Assembly: GCA_963705505.1 (NCBI GenBank)
Contig: CAVPJU010000006.1
Location: 224,001-288,000, forward strand
Source: an uncultured bacterium
GTDB taxonomy: Bacteria; Desulfobacterota_D; UBA1144; Nemesobacterales; UBA2774
Reading direction: 5' to 3'
Length of the DNA: 64,000 bases
Shown: positions 31,750 through 44,444 of the stretch, piece by piece
How positions within the stretch are numbered: the first letter of the stretch is position 1
Layout of the letters: each line of letters begins with the position of its first letter
Program-made: the position numbers and the translations under genes
Notes under the pieces: model-generated
What the model was told of the DNA's origin: nothing
The model's database searches: none
Seen by the model: the letters and a program-made list of their open reading frames with translations, nothing else

Positions 31750-32963
31750 TAAGAGGATTCAAGGCGATAAGGTATAATCCCGATAAAATTGAAGATTTCC
31801 GCAGTATATTGGCGCCGCCCTATGACGTAATCAACCCCCGGGAGCAGGAAGAATTTCACGAGGCCCATCCTTTGAACGTCATACGTCTCATCCTTCCCAA
31901 AGGAGAGGGGGATATAAAATACGAACGGGCGAGTAAAGTGTTCAGGGACTGGTTTGTGCAGGACGTCCTCATACAAGACGCTCAACCGAGCATCTATCCC
32001 TATTATCAGGATTTCGAGGAGAACGGGAAAAAATTTATCAGAAAAGGATTCATAGCCAGGGTAAAGCTCGAAGACTTTTCGACAAAGAAAATCCTGCCTC
32101 ACGAAAGGACTTTCCCCAAACATAAACTTGACAGACTTAAGCTCAATTCCGCCTGCAGAGCCAATATGAGCCCCGTTTTCTCCGTTTATTCCGACGCCGA
32201 GGGGGTTAGCGAGAAATTAATCGATGAGAAACTGCCGAAAAAGCCGATATTCGATGTCACGTACAGGGACGGTATAAGAAACAGACTATGGAAGATTTCA
32301 GACCCTTCGGTAATCTCGTTCATAACCGAGCAGATGACCGACATGAGCTTCCTCATCGCCGACGGTCATCACAGGTATGAAACCGCACTTGAATACAGAA
32401 ACATGCAGAGGGAAAAAAAGGACGGATCGGGAGAAGAGCCCTTCGATTACGTGATGATGTATATATCGAGGGCGGAAGGAGAAGGACTCATTATCAACCC
32501 TACGCACAGGGTTATTAAGGATCTGGGTCAATACACGGCTGACGGGTTCATCGACAAGCTGGGGGGAGAATTCAAAGTGGAAAAAATGCCTTTTAAGCCG
32601 GGAATCTCCGACATCGGCTACGAGGAATTTACAGTGGTCACGAAAGACCCCGAATCCGCCTACAGAATATCCTCGCCTAAAGCCGCCCAACCGAGGTACG
32701 CAAGATTGGGGGTCATGCTCCTTCACAATATAGTATTTAAAACGATCCTGAACGAGGAAGAATCAGGCATATTTTATACGAAATACCTGGATGAGGCTCT
32801 GGAGCTCGTGAGAAACGGGGATTATAAGCTTGCTTTCATCCTCCCCGAATTGAGGGCAAACGACATTTTCGAGGTTGTCCTCGCAGGTGAGAGGATGCCG
32901 CATAAGACGACTTACTTTTACCCGAAAATTCTCTCGGGTCTGACATTTAATCCGCTCTGGTAA
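31740..32963 (+). CDS. DUF1015 family protein
   Basis: APPYDVI, ILPHERT, IADGHHRYETA, PTHR, MP.KTTYFYPK. Confidence 0.9.
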   Translation: MPIVRGFKAIRYNPDKIEDFRSILAPPYDVINPREQEEFHEAHPLNVIRLILPKGEGDIKYERASKVFRDWFVQDVLIQDAQPSIYPYYQDFEENGKKFIRKGFIARVKLEDFSTKKILPHERTFPKHKLDRLKLNSACRANMSPVFSVYSDAEGVSEKLIDEKLPKKPIFDVTYRDGIRNRLWKISDPSVISFITEQMTDMSFLIADGHHRYETALEYRNMQREKKDGSGEEPFDYVMMYISRAEGEGLIINPTHRVIKDLGQYTADGFIDKLGGEFKVEKMPFKPGISDIGYEEFTVVTKDPESAYRISSPKAAQPRYARLGVMLLHNIVFKTILNEEESGIFYTKYLDEALELVRNGDYKLAFILPELRANDIFEVVLAGERMPHKTTYFYPKILSGLTFNPLW

Positions 32964-33154
32964 ACCGGGCCGTTTCGAGCACCGTGCACTATCCATAAAC
33001 CCCCGGGATAAAACCGGCACCTCTCCGGCCAATAAACCTGTTCAATTTAAAAATCCTTCGCCTCCGAATACAAATTGATTTATAATTTATCCGGCATTAA
33101 TAATTGTTCTGTAATATTTACTAACGAATCAGGCAAAAGCACAAGGAGGCAAAC

Positions 33155-33712
33155 ATGTCGGCATTGCTGATACTGCTCGTAATAATCGCTGTACTGATAT
33201 TAATGTTTGTGGGTATTTATAACGGGCTCGTAAAGCTGAGAAACACATCCGAGCAGGCGTGGTCCGACGTCGACGTGCAGCTAAAAAGGAGATACGACCT
33301 CGTTCCGAACCTGGTTGAAACCGTAAAAGGGTATGCTTCCCACGAAAAAGATACGTTCGAAAAAGTAGTGCAGGCCAGAAACCAGGCAATGCAGGCTACT
33401 TCGCCCGGGGACAAGGCTCAGGCGGAGAACTTTCTTCAATCCACTCTCAAGAGCCTCTTTGCGCTTGCCGAAGCCTATCCGGACCTAAAAGCGAACCAGA
33501 ACTTCATACAGCTCCAGACGGAGCTCTCCAATATAGAAGAGCAGATTCAGCTCGCCCGCCGCTACTATAACGCGGTGGTCAGGGATTTGAATACGAAGAT
33601 AGAATCGGTACCCAGCAATATAGTGGCAAATATGTTCAATTTCCAAAAAAAGGAGTTCTTCGAGCTAGAGTCAGCCGAGGAAAGAAAGGCTCCTCAGGTG
33701 AGCTTTAAATAG
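33155..33712 (+). CDS. lemA: LemA family protein
   Basis: N-terminal TM, YN.LV, QLKRRYDLVPNLV, EAYPDLKA, RRYYN. Confidence 0.95.
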   Translation: MSALLILLVIIAVLILMFVGIYNGLVKLRNTSEQAWSDVDVQLKRRYDLVPNLVETVKGYASHEKDTFEKVVQARNQAMQATSPGDKAQAENFLQSTLKSLFALAEAYPDLKANQNFIQLQTELSNIEEQIQLARRYYNAVVRDLNTKIESVPSNIVANMFNFQKKEFFELESAEERKAPQVSFK

Positions 33713-33736
33713 AAACACGCGCATCTGACACGAACA

Positions 33737-35443
33737 TTGTTCCGTATGAGTAGATTAACGCCGATAAAAATTTTAGTTTTATTCCTGTTGAGCTTTTCTT
33801 TTTCCCTGAATGCTCACTCAGAGGAAATCAAGAATTTTTACTCGGAAATATTCATCAACCGGGACGGAACGATAGACGTCAGGGAAGATATAGAATACGA
33901 CTTCCAGTACGCCGAGAGGCACGGTATATACAGAGACATCCCCTACAATTACGACTTCGGATATAAGAGGTACAGCATCAAGCTCGACGTGAAGGACGTC
34001 ACGGATTTTAACGGCAACCCCTATAGATACGACGTCAGCAGCTCGGAAGGAAGAATCCATATAAGGATCGGCGACCCGGATACGACGGTGACCGGCGTGC
34101 ACGGCTACAGGATCGAATACAAGGTGAGGGGAGCAATAGCCTTTTTCGAGGACCACGACGAACTGTACTGGAACGTAACGGGGGATGAATGGAGAGTCCC
34201 GATCATAAGAGCGAGCGCCAAGGTCTATCACGACGAGGGTGTGAGCGAGGGCGTAAAAGCCGAATGCTATACGGGTGCAAGCGGCTCTAAGAATCAGGAC
34301 TGCGACTACAAAATTACGCCGGGAGCCGTCGACTTTCAGGCGTCGGGCTCACTCTGGGCGGGCCAGGGACTCACGGTCGTAGTTGGGCTGCCCAAAGGGT
34401 TCATCGAAGAGCCCTCCTCCCTGACGAAAGCGATATGGTTCCTCTCCGACAACTGGTACTTCGGACTGCCTTTTATAACACTCTTCGTGATTGCTTATGT
34501 ATGGAGCACCAGGGGACGCGACCCTGAGGGAAAGGGCGTCATCACGGTAAGATATGAGCCGCCCAAAGATTTATCTCCCGCCGAAGCGGGAACTCTCGTC
34601 GATGAAAGGGCGGACATACTCGATATCACCTCCACCATAATCGACCTCGCAGTGAGGGGCTATCTCAGAATCGAAGAATTAGAGAGCACAAAATTTTTCT
34701 TCTTTTCGGACAGGGACTACAAGCTGTTTAAAATAAAAGAGCCTGCTCCGGGCGAGTTAAAGCCGCACGAGGAAAAGGTCTTATCCGGCATCTTCAAGGA
34801 CAAGGACAACGTATTGGTCTCGGACCTCAGGGAAAAATTCTACACTGAGCTGCCCTCTATAAAAAATGCGCTTTACAGTGAGCTAGTCGGCAAAAAATAT
34901 TTCCCTACGAACCCCGAAAGGGTCAAGGGCATATACAAGTGGGTCGGCATAATAGTACTGATAGTGTCATTCGTCCTTTTCAGCAATTTCTTACTGAAGC
35001 TCTCGATTGCGCTCTCGGGACTTATAATCCTCATATCATCGAGATACATGCCGAGAAAAACAAAAGAGGGGACTCTTATGAATGAAGAGCTCCTCGGCTT
35101 CAGGGAATTCATAGACAGGGCGGAGAAGGACAGGATAGAAGCGCTCGCAAAGAACGACCCGACTCTATTCGACAGGGTCCTCCCGTTCGCGCTCGTATTC
35201 GGACTCGCGGACAGGTGGGCCGGCGCGTTCCGGGACCTGTACAGGGAACCGCCGTCCTGGTACTCGTCACCACACTATGGAAGTAATTTTACACCGAGTC
35301 TCTTCGTTTCAGATCTCGGAAGAAGCCTGAGCGTGATGAACAGCTCTCTATCGTCGACTCCCAGAAAATCGGGCGGGAGCGGATTGGGAGGCGGCGGGTC
35401 GAGCGGAGGCGGATTCGGCGGAGGCGGAGGCGGATCCTGGTAA
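33737..35443 (+). CDS. DUF2207 membrane protein (LemA-associated)
   Basis: HGIYRDIP, ELYWNVTG, DLAVRGYL, C-terminal GGGFGGGGGGSW. Confidence 0.92.
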   Translation: MFRMSRLTPIKILVLFLLSFSFSLNAHSEEIKNFYSEIFINRDGTIDVREDIEYDFQYAERHGIYRDIPYNYDFGYKRYSIKLDVKDVTDFNGNPYRYDVSSSEGRIHIRIGDPDTTVTGVHGYRIEYKVRGAIAFFEDHDELYWNVTGDEWRVPIIRASAKVYHDEGVSEGVKAECYTGASGSKNQDCDYKITPGAVDFQASGSLWAGQGLTVVVGLPKGFIEEPSSLTKAIWFLSDNWYFGLPFITLFVIAYVWSTRGRDPEGKGVITVRYEPPKDLSPAEAGTLVDERADILDITSTIIDLAVRGYLRIEELESTKFFFFSDRDYKLFKIKEPAPGELKPHEEKVLSGIFKDKDNVLVSDLREKFYTELPSIKNALYSELVGKKYFPTNPERVKGIYKWVGIIVLIVSFVLFSNFLLKLSIALSGLIILISSRYMPRKTKEGTLMNEELLGFREFIDRAEKDRIEALAKNDPTLFDRVLPFALVFGLADRWAGAFRDLYREPPSWYSSPHYGSNFTPSLFVSDLGRSLSVMNSSLSSTPRKSGGSGLGGGGSSGGGFGGGGGGSW

Positions 35444-35902
35444 TTGCCGCCGAGCCTGCGGAGACAGGACAATCCAAGACCTTCTTGCAGACTGACTGAG
35501 ATTTAACGATATCTTCCGGGTTTCGGCTTTATCCTTCTAACCCGTAAAGAGTCAGTATTCTAAAAATCATCAATGATAATAATTCATTACATGCACCTGC
35601 AAAGATACCTCCCATCTTGAATCGGAATGGCGTTATACTTATGCGTCATGTTTCGGATATCCGACATGACCGCAAATAACCGATTTAATAAGGGGTGAAC
35701 TGAAAATATAAAGGGAATAGACTTTAGCCGATAAAATGAATTCTGAAGCCGGGTGTGCGCTCAAATTCATATCAGCCGTATGATCAAGACCGCTAATAAG
35801 GGATGACAGGGACCTTGGCGGCGATTGAAACCATTCACCAGAACCACCCGGATATCGCACCGTTCAAAGTTTCTCTTCAGCACGCTAAAAGGAAGAAAGA
35901 GA

Positions 35903-38900
35903 ATGCAAGACAAGTCCAAGACCAGAAGAGAGTCTATAGAGGAACCGAAGGAAATAAAAAAACGGTCAGGCGCAGGCGGCAAAGTAATACACTCCTCCGG
36001 GATAAGCTCCCAATCGCAGTCCGACCAACAATCGTTATACGAATCTTTTTATGAATTCAGTCCGTTGATGTATTTCACTATCGATGATAAGGGAAAAGTC
36101 ACGGCTGTAAATTCTGTCGGTGCAGTACATCTCGGCTACTCCGAAGACGAGCTTATCGGATCGCCGGTCCAAAATGTGTTTTATCCGGAGGACAGGGATG
36201 ATGTCGAGCGGCAGCTCGAAACATGCATCAAGAACCCGACTGAGGCGCACAGGTGGGAGCTTCGTAAAGTTAAAAAGGACGGAAGCGTAATATGGGTCAG
36301 GGAAAATGCGAGGGCGACTTGCGGTGATGACGGGAAAACTTATATAAACATAGTCTGCGAAGACATTACAGAGCTGAAGCAGGCGGAGTTTTTGCTCAAT
36401 ACCGAAAAAAAGGTCTTCGAAGCGATCACACGGAACGCGACCATACCCGACATACTAACCCTCCTATGCCGGGAGATCGAGGGACAGGCATACGGCATGC
36501 TGTGTTCTTTTCTCTTACTGGATGAAGACAAAAAAACCCTGAGGCACGGGGCTGCGCCTAGCCTTCCGGATGGTTATATAAAAGGAATCGACGGAGTTGA
36601 AATCGGGCCATGCGTCGGGTCCTGCGGTACAGCCGCATATCTCAAAAAGCCCGTTATTACGAGGGATATTGAAACCGACCCGCTATGGGCAGACTACAAA
36701 AAATTGGCTTTGCGATACGGATTAAGAGCCTGCTGGTCCAACCCCATTATTTCCACCGATGAGAAAGTATTGGGAACATTCGCTATGTACTATAAGCACC
36801 CTCGTTCTCCCAACCCTTATGAAATCAAAGTTATAGAGACCGCGACTCACCTGGCACGGATTGCGATAGAGCGGATGTGCGCTCAGGAATTGGCAAGCCG
36901 ATTCGGGGAAATATTAGAGGAATCACTTAATGAGATTTATATCTTCGACGCCGGGACATATAAATTCGTGCAGGTCAACAAGGGCGCCAGAGTAAATCTC
37001 GGATACACGATGGAAGAGTTGCAGGAAATGACTCCGCTCGACATAAATCCCGAGTTTACATCAGATTTCTTCATGAAACTGGAGACCCTCATGTCGGGCG
37101 ACAGGGACAAAACGAGATTCCTCGGCATACTCCGGCGAAAAGACGGCTCGACGTATCCGGTCGAGGCATACCTTCAAATATCCAGCTTTAAGGGAAAAAA
37201 GGCATTCGTTTCCAATGTAATCGATATAACGGAGCTTAAAAAGACAGAAGACGAGCTGAAAGAAAATGTCGAGCAGCTGTCTAAAAAGAACAGGTACGAA
37301 TCGATTATAAGGGCTGTAACGGAGAGCGTCCATCAATCGCTCGATTTGCAGGAAGTTTTTGAGAACGCGGTTGACGCCCTTAATAAGAACGTCGAAGGGG
37401 CAACGCATGTTGTGATTTTCATGGTGGAAGGGAACGAGGCCGTAATGAAAGCCGCCAGGGGACACGCGGATTGGTATTTAGAGCGTGTTAAAAGAATTCC
37501 ATATCCTAGAGGGGCCACGTGGAAAACAATTTTAGAAGAAAAACCCAGATATGTTCCCGACACCGAGAGGACGATGAAACTTTAGGTCCTGCGGGAAAAG
37601 AGTTCGGCACGAAGAGCTATTTGTCCATGCCTATCCAGTCCGAGGAGAAGACCATCGGCTGCATCCATATTCATTCTCAGGAAAAAAACAGGTTCTGCGG
37701 CGAGGACCTCGACATGCTCCAGATTGTGGCCAGGCAGCTGGAATCAGCCATTAAGAACGCAAAACAAGCCGAGGCGCTGAAAAAGTCCGAGGAAGACATT
37801 AAACAAAAATTAGGGGAACTATCCAGGAAAAAAAGATACGAAGAAATAATAGGCACCATCACAAGGAGCGTTCACAGCTCTATAGATATACAGGAAGTCC
37901 TCGAAAACGCAGTAGACGCCATGAACAAGAATCTGGAAAGCGCCGACTATGTCGCAATTTACTTTATCGAAGGAAATGTAGCTGCACTTAAAGCTTACCG
38001 GGGTTACCCGGACTTATTTGTCAGACTGGCGAATAGAATTCCATACCCGAAAGGTTTTACTTGGAAAGCACTCAAGGAGGAGAAACTGCTTTATTGTCAA
38101 GATGCGGAAACTGATGACGTTATAGGTCCGGCAGGAAAAGAAGTTGGCACTAAGAGCTATGCTTCAATGCCTATAAAGTATGACGGTAAGACCATCGGCT
38201 GCATAAATATAAATTCTCTCAGGAAGAATGCATTCGACAAGGACGAGCTCGACCTCCTTGAAATCATCGCTGCCCAGATAGAGATCGCAGTCAATAATGC
38301 ACGGCAGGCAGAGGCTCTTAAAGAATCCGAAGAAAGATATAGAACGCTGTTTGAACAAACACCGGTCGGTGTTTATACCTATGATAAAAATCTGATCATT
38401 ACCAACGCCAACGAACGGCATGCGGAGATAATGCACTCATCACGCGATAAGATAATCGGCCTCGATATAAATGAATTGAAAGACAAGTCATTTAACTACG
38501 TTCATGAAAACGCGGTCCGGGGGCATATATCCAGCCATGAGGGTTATTACGAATCAACTACAGGAGGCGTTGAGAATTATCTGCTCGTGTCCGCGGCGCC
38601 GCTGAGGGACGCCCAGGGCAATATAGTGGGCGGCATGTCGGTAGTGAAAGATATTACCGAGCGCAAGAAAGCCGAAGAGGCTCTCAGCAATTCCCGGAAA
38701 CGCTACGAAGTACTCGTTAACTCGATCGAGGGTATAGTCTGGGAAGCCGAGCCCGACACTCTGAAAACAAACTTCGTAAGTAAAAAAATCGAGGACGTCC
38801 TCGGCTATCCCGCCGAAGCCTGGACAAGCAATCCGAGCTTCTGGGTCGAGAAGCTCCACCCGGACGACCGGGACTGGGTCACAAATTATTGCCTGAATGA

Positions 38901-40584
38901 ATCCGCCCGGAAACGGGACCATAAAATGGAGTACAGGATGATAGCCGCTGACGGGCGGACGGTCTGGGTAAGAGATATCGTATCCGTCGCGATAGAGAAC
39001 GGGGAGACGGTCGGACTAAGGGGCCTCATGGTCGACATAACCGATCTTAAAAATGCCGAGGATATGCTGAAAGAAAGCGCAAACAGGTACCGCACACTGG
39101 TTGAGAATATAAATGATCTGATCGTAGAAACTAGCTCCGACGGCAGGTTCATTTACCTTAGCCCCAAGCACGAAGAAATCCTGGGATACAAGCCGGAAGA
39201 GCTTATGGGCAGGAATATTTTCGAAAACATACATACGGACGATCTTCCGCTGGCAGCAAAAGAGTTCGAGAGAGTCCTCACCCAGCAAACACCGGGTAAA
39301 GCGATCTTCAGGTATAGACATAAAAACGGAAACTGGCGATGGTTTGAGAGTACGGGTCAGACAGTCGAGACTGCGGCCGGGGAGCTTAGATGCGTGATAG
39401 TTTCCAGGGACATAACCGACCGGAAGAGATTCGAGGACGAACTTTTCAAAGCCGAGAAACTCGAGTCCCTGGGTGTCCTCGCCGGAGGAATCGCACACGA
39501 TTTCAATAACCTCCTTACAGTAATTCTCGGCAACATCTCTGTCTCAATGATGAACCTTAACACCAAGGACAAGATTTATGGGAGACTTGCCGAGGCCGAG
39601 ACCGCAACGTTCAGGGCCAGGGACCTTACCTCACAACTCCTTACATTCTCCAAGGGCGGAGCACCTGTAAAGGAATTCGTGCAATCCTTGGACGAACTCA
39701 TAATGGACACCGCCAATTTCGTCGTCAGCGGATCAAAAGTGAAGTGTCAATTCGATATAGAAAGCGGCCTATGGCCCGCGGAAGTGGACGGGGGACAGAT
39801 AAGCCAGGTGATACATAACCTCATCATCAATTCGGACCAGGCGATGCCCGACGGCGGAATTGTTAAAATCTCAGCCAAGAACACCGAATTGGATAAAAAC
39901 AACGAACTTAACATTAAAGAGGGCAAATATCTTAAGATAACTATAGAGGACACCGGAATAGGAATGACCGCGGAGCTTATAGAAAAGATATTCGACCCTT
40001 ATTTTACAACAAAACAGAGGGGGAGCGGCCTGGGGCTCGCGACCGTCTACTCGATCGTCAAAAACCACGACGGCCATATCGAGGTCTCCTCGAATATTGG
40101 GTCGGGCACCAGGTTCGATATCTATCTGCCTGCGGCAAAGGGGAAACCGAGGGGTAACGTCTACGGCCAGGAGCTGCACAGGGGGAACGGGAGAATACTT
40201 ATAATGGATGACGATCTGATGGTGAGGGAAGTCGTAGGTGAAATGATAAGCCATCTCGGATATGAGGTCGAGTGCGCCTCAGACGGGCGCGAAGCTATAG
40301 AAAAATATACTAAGGCGATGGAAGAAGGAGAGCCCTTCGACGCGGTAGTGATCGATCTCACCGTGCCCGGAGGGATGGGAGGACAAGAGGCTCAAACGAT
40401 ACTGATGGAAATAGATCCGGCAGTTAAGACAATAGTGTCGAGCGGTTATTCTAACGACCCCGTGATGTCAAAATTCGAAGAATATGGGTTCAAGGGCGTG
40501 GTAACAAAACCTTATAACATCGAAGTATTGAGCAAAGCCATCCATGGTGTCCTGAACGATACGGGCAATACTAATAATCATTAA
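35903..40584 (+). CDS. Cytoplasmic multi-PAS/GAF hybrid sensor histidine kinase with C-terminal receiver (frameshift near 37565)
   Basis: PAS-GAF-PAS-GAF-GAF-PAS-PAS-PAS, AGGIAHDFNNLL H-box, DTGIG/FDPYFTTK/GLGL, receiver (DLTVPG, TKP). No TM seen. Confidence 0.9.
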
Positions 40585-40754
40585 CAAAAACTCAACAAAA
40601 TCATAGTAAAAATGTAATTTAACCGGCAGCTTCCGTAGCCAAAATCAACGACACGGCTTCGACTGCGAATTCCCGAGCCCAAGTTGAATATAATCACTTT
40701 TCCTATATACTACGTTCTTTCCCGCGATCTCGGGCTATATTTCAGCACAATCAC

Positions 40755-42548
40755 ATGGAATCCAAATATATAAGGAATTTTTCTATAATCGCCCATGTAG
40801 ACCACGGTAAGTCCACGCTTGCCGACAGACTGCTTGAGTTCACGGGGACCCTCAGCGAAAGGGACAGGACCGAGCAGTTCCTCGACAACATGGAGATCGA
40901 AAGGGAAAGGGGCATAACGATAAAAGCCCAGGCGGTAAGGATTTATTATAACGCCGACGACGGACAGAGATATGAATTCAACCTCATAGACACCCCGGGG
41001 CACGTTGATTTCAGCTACGAAGTCTCGAGAAGCCTCATGGCGTGCGAGGGAGCCCTTCTCGTCGTCGACGCCTCGCAGGGCGTGGAGGCGCAAACCGTTG
41101 CAAACGCGTACCTGGCTTCCGATTCGGGACTCGAGCTCATCCCGGTAATAAATAAAATAGACCTGCCTGCCTCCGACCCGGAAAGGGTGAGGACGGAAAT
41201 CGAGGAAGTAATCGGCATAAGCGCTGAAGAAGCAATACTCGCCAGCGCAAAAGAGGGCATCGGGACAAAGGATATACTGGAATCCATAGTAAAGAATATC
41301 CCCCCGCCCCCCGACAAGTCGCATCTCCCGCTTAACGCCCTGATCTTCGACAGCTGGTTCGACTCCTATCAGGGTGTTGTAATGCTGATAAGGGTATTCG
41401 AGGGAAAGATAAAGCTCGGTGAGCGGATCAGGTTTATGTCCACCGGCAGAGCGTTCGAGATAAAAAAAATCGGCGTCTTCTCACCGCGGGCGATAGAAGT
41501 GGAGGAGCTCGGGACCGGAGAGGTGGGATTCGTATCGGCATCTATAAAAGACATAAGCGAGGCTAAGGTCGGAGATACAATTACAAGCGATTCAAACCCG
41601 ACGCAGACGCCTCTCGCCGGCTTTCGCGTGATGAAGCCCATGGTATTCAGCGGTCTCTATCCCATTGAACCCAGTGACTATGACAGGCTCAGGGAAGCGC
41701 TGGAAAAATTGGGATTGAACGACTCATCCCTCGTATATGAGCCCGAGACATCCGTAGCGCTCGGATTCGGTTTCCGCTGCGGATTCCTGGGCCTCCTCCA
41801 CATGGAGATCGTGAAGGAAAGACTCGAGCGGGAGTTCGAGCTCGAGCTCATAACGACCGCGCCGACGGTAATCTACAGGGCAACCAACAAGAAGAGAGAG
41901 GTTTTTTACGTTAATAATCCGAGCGAGCTGCCCACACCCGACAGGCTGGAGATGGTCGAAGAACCCTATGTCCTGGTTTCTCTGCATACGCCCGGGACTT
42001 ACCTCGGAGCGATTTTCGACCTCTGCATTAAAAAGCGGGGGATTCAACGCGATATCAAATACGTAACGCAGGACAGGGTGATAGTGGAATACGAGATTCC
42101 GCTCTCCGAAATTGTATTCGACTTCTATGACAAACTGAAATCCGTTTCCAGGGGATACGCCTCGATGGACTACGATCCCATAGGATACAAGCCATCTGAC
42201 CTTATAAAATTAGACGTGCTCGTAAACGGCGACTCCGTTGACGCGCTTTCGATTATCGTGCATAAGGAAAAAGCGTACGAACGTGCGAGAGACCTAATAG
42301 CAAAACTCAGGTCTCTCATTCCCCGTCAGCTCTATGAAGTAGTGATCCAGGCAGCGATCGGGAACAGGATCATTGCCCGCGAGTCCGTAAAAGCTCTCAG
42401 GAAGGACGTAACAGCCAAATGCTACGGCGGCGACGTGACGAGGAAGAGAAAACTTCTCGAAAAGCAGAAGGAAGGTAAAAAGCGTCTTAAGCAGATAGGC
42501 AAGATCGAAATACCCCAGGAAGCTTTTCTAGCCGTATTGAAAACCTAG
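40755..42548 (+). CDS. lepA: Elongation factor 4
   Basis: [45 protein letters not shown]. Confidence 0.99.
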   Translation: MESKYIRNFSIIAHVDHGKSTLADRLLEFTGTLSERDRTEQFLDNMEIERERGITIKAQAVRIYYNADDGQRYEFNLIDTPGHVDFSYEVSRSLMACEGALLVVDASQGVEAQTVANAYLASDSGLELIPVINKIDLPASDPERVRTEIEEVIGISAEEAILASAKEGIGTKDILESIVKNIPPPPDKSHLPLNALIFDSWFDSYQGVVMLIRVFEGKIKLGERIRFMSTGRAFEIKKIGVFSPRAIEVEELGTGEVGFVSASIKDISEAKVGDTITSDSNPTQTPLAGFRVMKPMVFSGLYPIEPSDYDRLREALEKLGLNDSSLVYEPETSVALGFGFRCGFLGLLHMEIVKERLEREFELELITTAPTVIYRATNKKREVFYVNNPSELPTPDRLEMVEEPYVLVSLHTPGTYLGAIFDLCIKKRGIQRDIKYVTQDRVIVEYEIPLSEIVFDFYDKLKSVSRGYASMDYDPIGYKPSDLIKLDVLVNGDSVDALSIIVHKEKAYERARDLIAKLRSLIPRQLYEVVIQAAIGNRIIARESVKALRKDVTAKCYGGDVTRKRKLLEKQKEGKKRLKQIGKIEIPQEAFLAVLKT

Positions 42549-42584
42549 AAATATCTTACCGGACTCATTCTTCAGAGATCACAG

Positions 42585-44279
42585 TCACTTCTTATTAGCC
42601 GACATCATCATCTCGGTAATCGCGTAGGTCGCTCCGCTCACGGCCTCGGGGTCTGTGACGACGTTTATGAGCGCAGGCACGCCTGAAGAAAAAGCCCTCT
42701 CGATCGCCCCTTCGAGTTTTTTCGGGTTATCGACTAACTCCCCGTAGCCGCCGAGCGCCTTCAGTACCTCGTGAAAAGGAATGAAGCCGAGCTCCACCCC
42801 CTGAACCGTACGGCCCTTCCCGTACGTTATCTCAATCTGATGCCTGGTCATCCCCCATGCGCTGTCGTTGCACACGACGGCCACGAACGGTATCTTGTGC
42901 CTTATCGCCGTCTCGAATTCCATAAAGTTCATCCCCATGGCTCCGTCGCCGCTTATGAGCGCCACCTGCTTGTCGGGTCTCGCCACTTTCGCTCCTACCG
43001 CGAACGGGACGCCTACCCCCATACATCCGAGCGGCCCCCCTTTGACATAATGCCCGGGCCTTCTCACTCTGTAATTGCCGTCGGTCCATGCCTGCGTGTC
43101 GCCGCCGTCTATGACGAGTATGCCCTCTTCTCCGGCCACGTCCTCGACAGCTTTAGCCACCCTGACAGGATGGATAGGGGTTTTCGATGACTTCCTTAAT
43201 TTCCCGGCGTCCTCCCATTTTTCGAGACGCAGTCCGGACGCCTTCCTGAGCCATTTCGAGTAATCGAGCCCGACCGAGTTTTCTTCCACGTAATCCGTGA
43301 GCTGCGATAATACCGTTCCCGCGTCCCCCGCAATCCCAAGATCGGCGGGCCTGTTCCTTCCTATCTCGCCCGGGTCGATGTCTATCTGGACAATTTTCGC
43401 GTCGGGATTGAATGTCCTCCCGAAGCCGATGTATATGCTAAGCCTCACGCCGAGTAGGAGAATGAGATCGGCTTCGCGCGTGATTTCCTTAAACGCGTTC
43501 GGGGCCGAAGGACTGGCCGCGCCCAGGCAAGCGGGATGGTCATCCGATATAATCCCGCGTCCGAAGTTGAGCGTGTATACGGGCATGCGCACTCTCTCTA
43601 TAAACCTCAGAAGCTCTTTATCGGCTCCCGAATACCAGGCCCCGCTGCCTGCGACCGCAACGGGCTTTTTTGAACGGGTCAGGATATCTGCCAATTTTGC
43701 TATCGACTCTCTTGAGGCTCCTGTTTTATAAAAAGGTATATCGGTGTTATAGGCGGAAACCTGATTTTCCTCGCAGCCCGGATAGAGGACCTCGTAGGAC
43801 ATGCCGAGGTAAACGGGACCCGGCCTTCCGGTGAGTGTTTTTTTATATGCCGACGCTATGTATTCGGGGATGCGCCTGGTATCGAATACGGTCCTCGACC
43901 ACTTCGTCACGGAGGCCGCCATTCCCTGCTGGTCAATCTCCTGAAGCGAGAGCCTGTCGTTCTCTTCGACCCCCGACCGTCCCGAAATAACCATGAGAGG
44001 GGAATTCGCGAGGTATGCACCGGCTATTCCCGTTATAGTGTTAGTAAACCCGGGCCCGGCGGTGACAATGCATACTCCCGGCTGCCTTTTCACCCTGCCG
44101 TAGGCATCCGCAGCCATGGAGGCCCCTTGTTCGTGATGCGTGTCTATTATCCTTATGCCGAAATCCGTGCATGCGTTATATATCGGGTTTATGTGCCCGC
44201 CGCCCAGGGAGAATATCTCCCTCACGCCGAGCTCATAAAGGGTTTTCGCCACAAGCCGTCCTCCCTCCACAGTCGCCAT
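42585..44279 (-). CDS. Thiamine-diphosphate-dependent enzyme (acetolactate synthase-like / 2-hydroxyacyl-CoA lyase / benzaldehyde lyase group)
   Basis: HHEQGA..AAD, TAGPG.TN, LQEIDQ, GDGA...N ThDP motif. Confidence 0.85.
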   Translation of the reverse strand: MATVEGGRLVAKTLYELGVREIFSLGGGHINPIYNACTDFGIRIIDTHHEQGASMAADAYGRVKRQPGVCIVTAGPGFTNTITGIAGAYLANSPLMVISGRSGVEENDRLSLQEIDQQGMAASVTKWSRTVFDTRRIPEYIASAYKKTLTGRPGPVYLGMSYEVLYPGCEENQVSAYNTDIPFYKTGASRESIAKLADILTRSKKPVAVAGSGAWYSGADKELLRFIERVRMPVYTLNFGRGIISDDHPACLGAASPSAPNAFKEITREADLILLLGVRLSIYIGFGRTFNPDAKIVQIDIDPGEIGRNRPADLGIAGDAGTVLSQLTDYVEENSVGLDYSKWLRKASGLRLEKWEDAGKLRKSSKTPIHPVRVAKAVEDVAGEEGILVIDGGDTQAWTDGNYRVRRPGHYVKGGPLGCMGVGVPFAVGAKVARPDKQVALISGDGAMGMNFMEFETAIRHKIPFVAVVCNDSAWGMTRHQIEITYGKGRTVQGVELGFIPFHEVLKALGGYGELVDNPKKLEGAIERAFSSGVPALINVVTDPEAVSGATYAITEMMMSANKK

Positions 44280-44444
44280 CGTATTCCCTCCCGTCTTTCA
44301 GTACTAAATACTTTTACACTTTTAAAATTCCAAATCAACTAAATCCGCAAGTGAATGTAAAATTAAACGGAGTCCGGTGAGGACTGTCGGTTTTAAAAAT
44401 AATTTGTGTTAGAATAGACCTTTGAAAAATAAGGAGGCAGAAAC

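Noticed and set aside
35370..35443. GGC-rich low-complexity repeat
   Set aside because: Ordinary Gly-rich C-terminus of DUF2207 proteins.
35642..35674. Imperfect palindrome upstream of the hybrid kinase
   Set aside because: Single hairpin with no second copy or family resemblance; insufficient to call.
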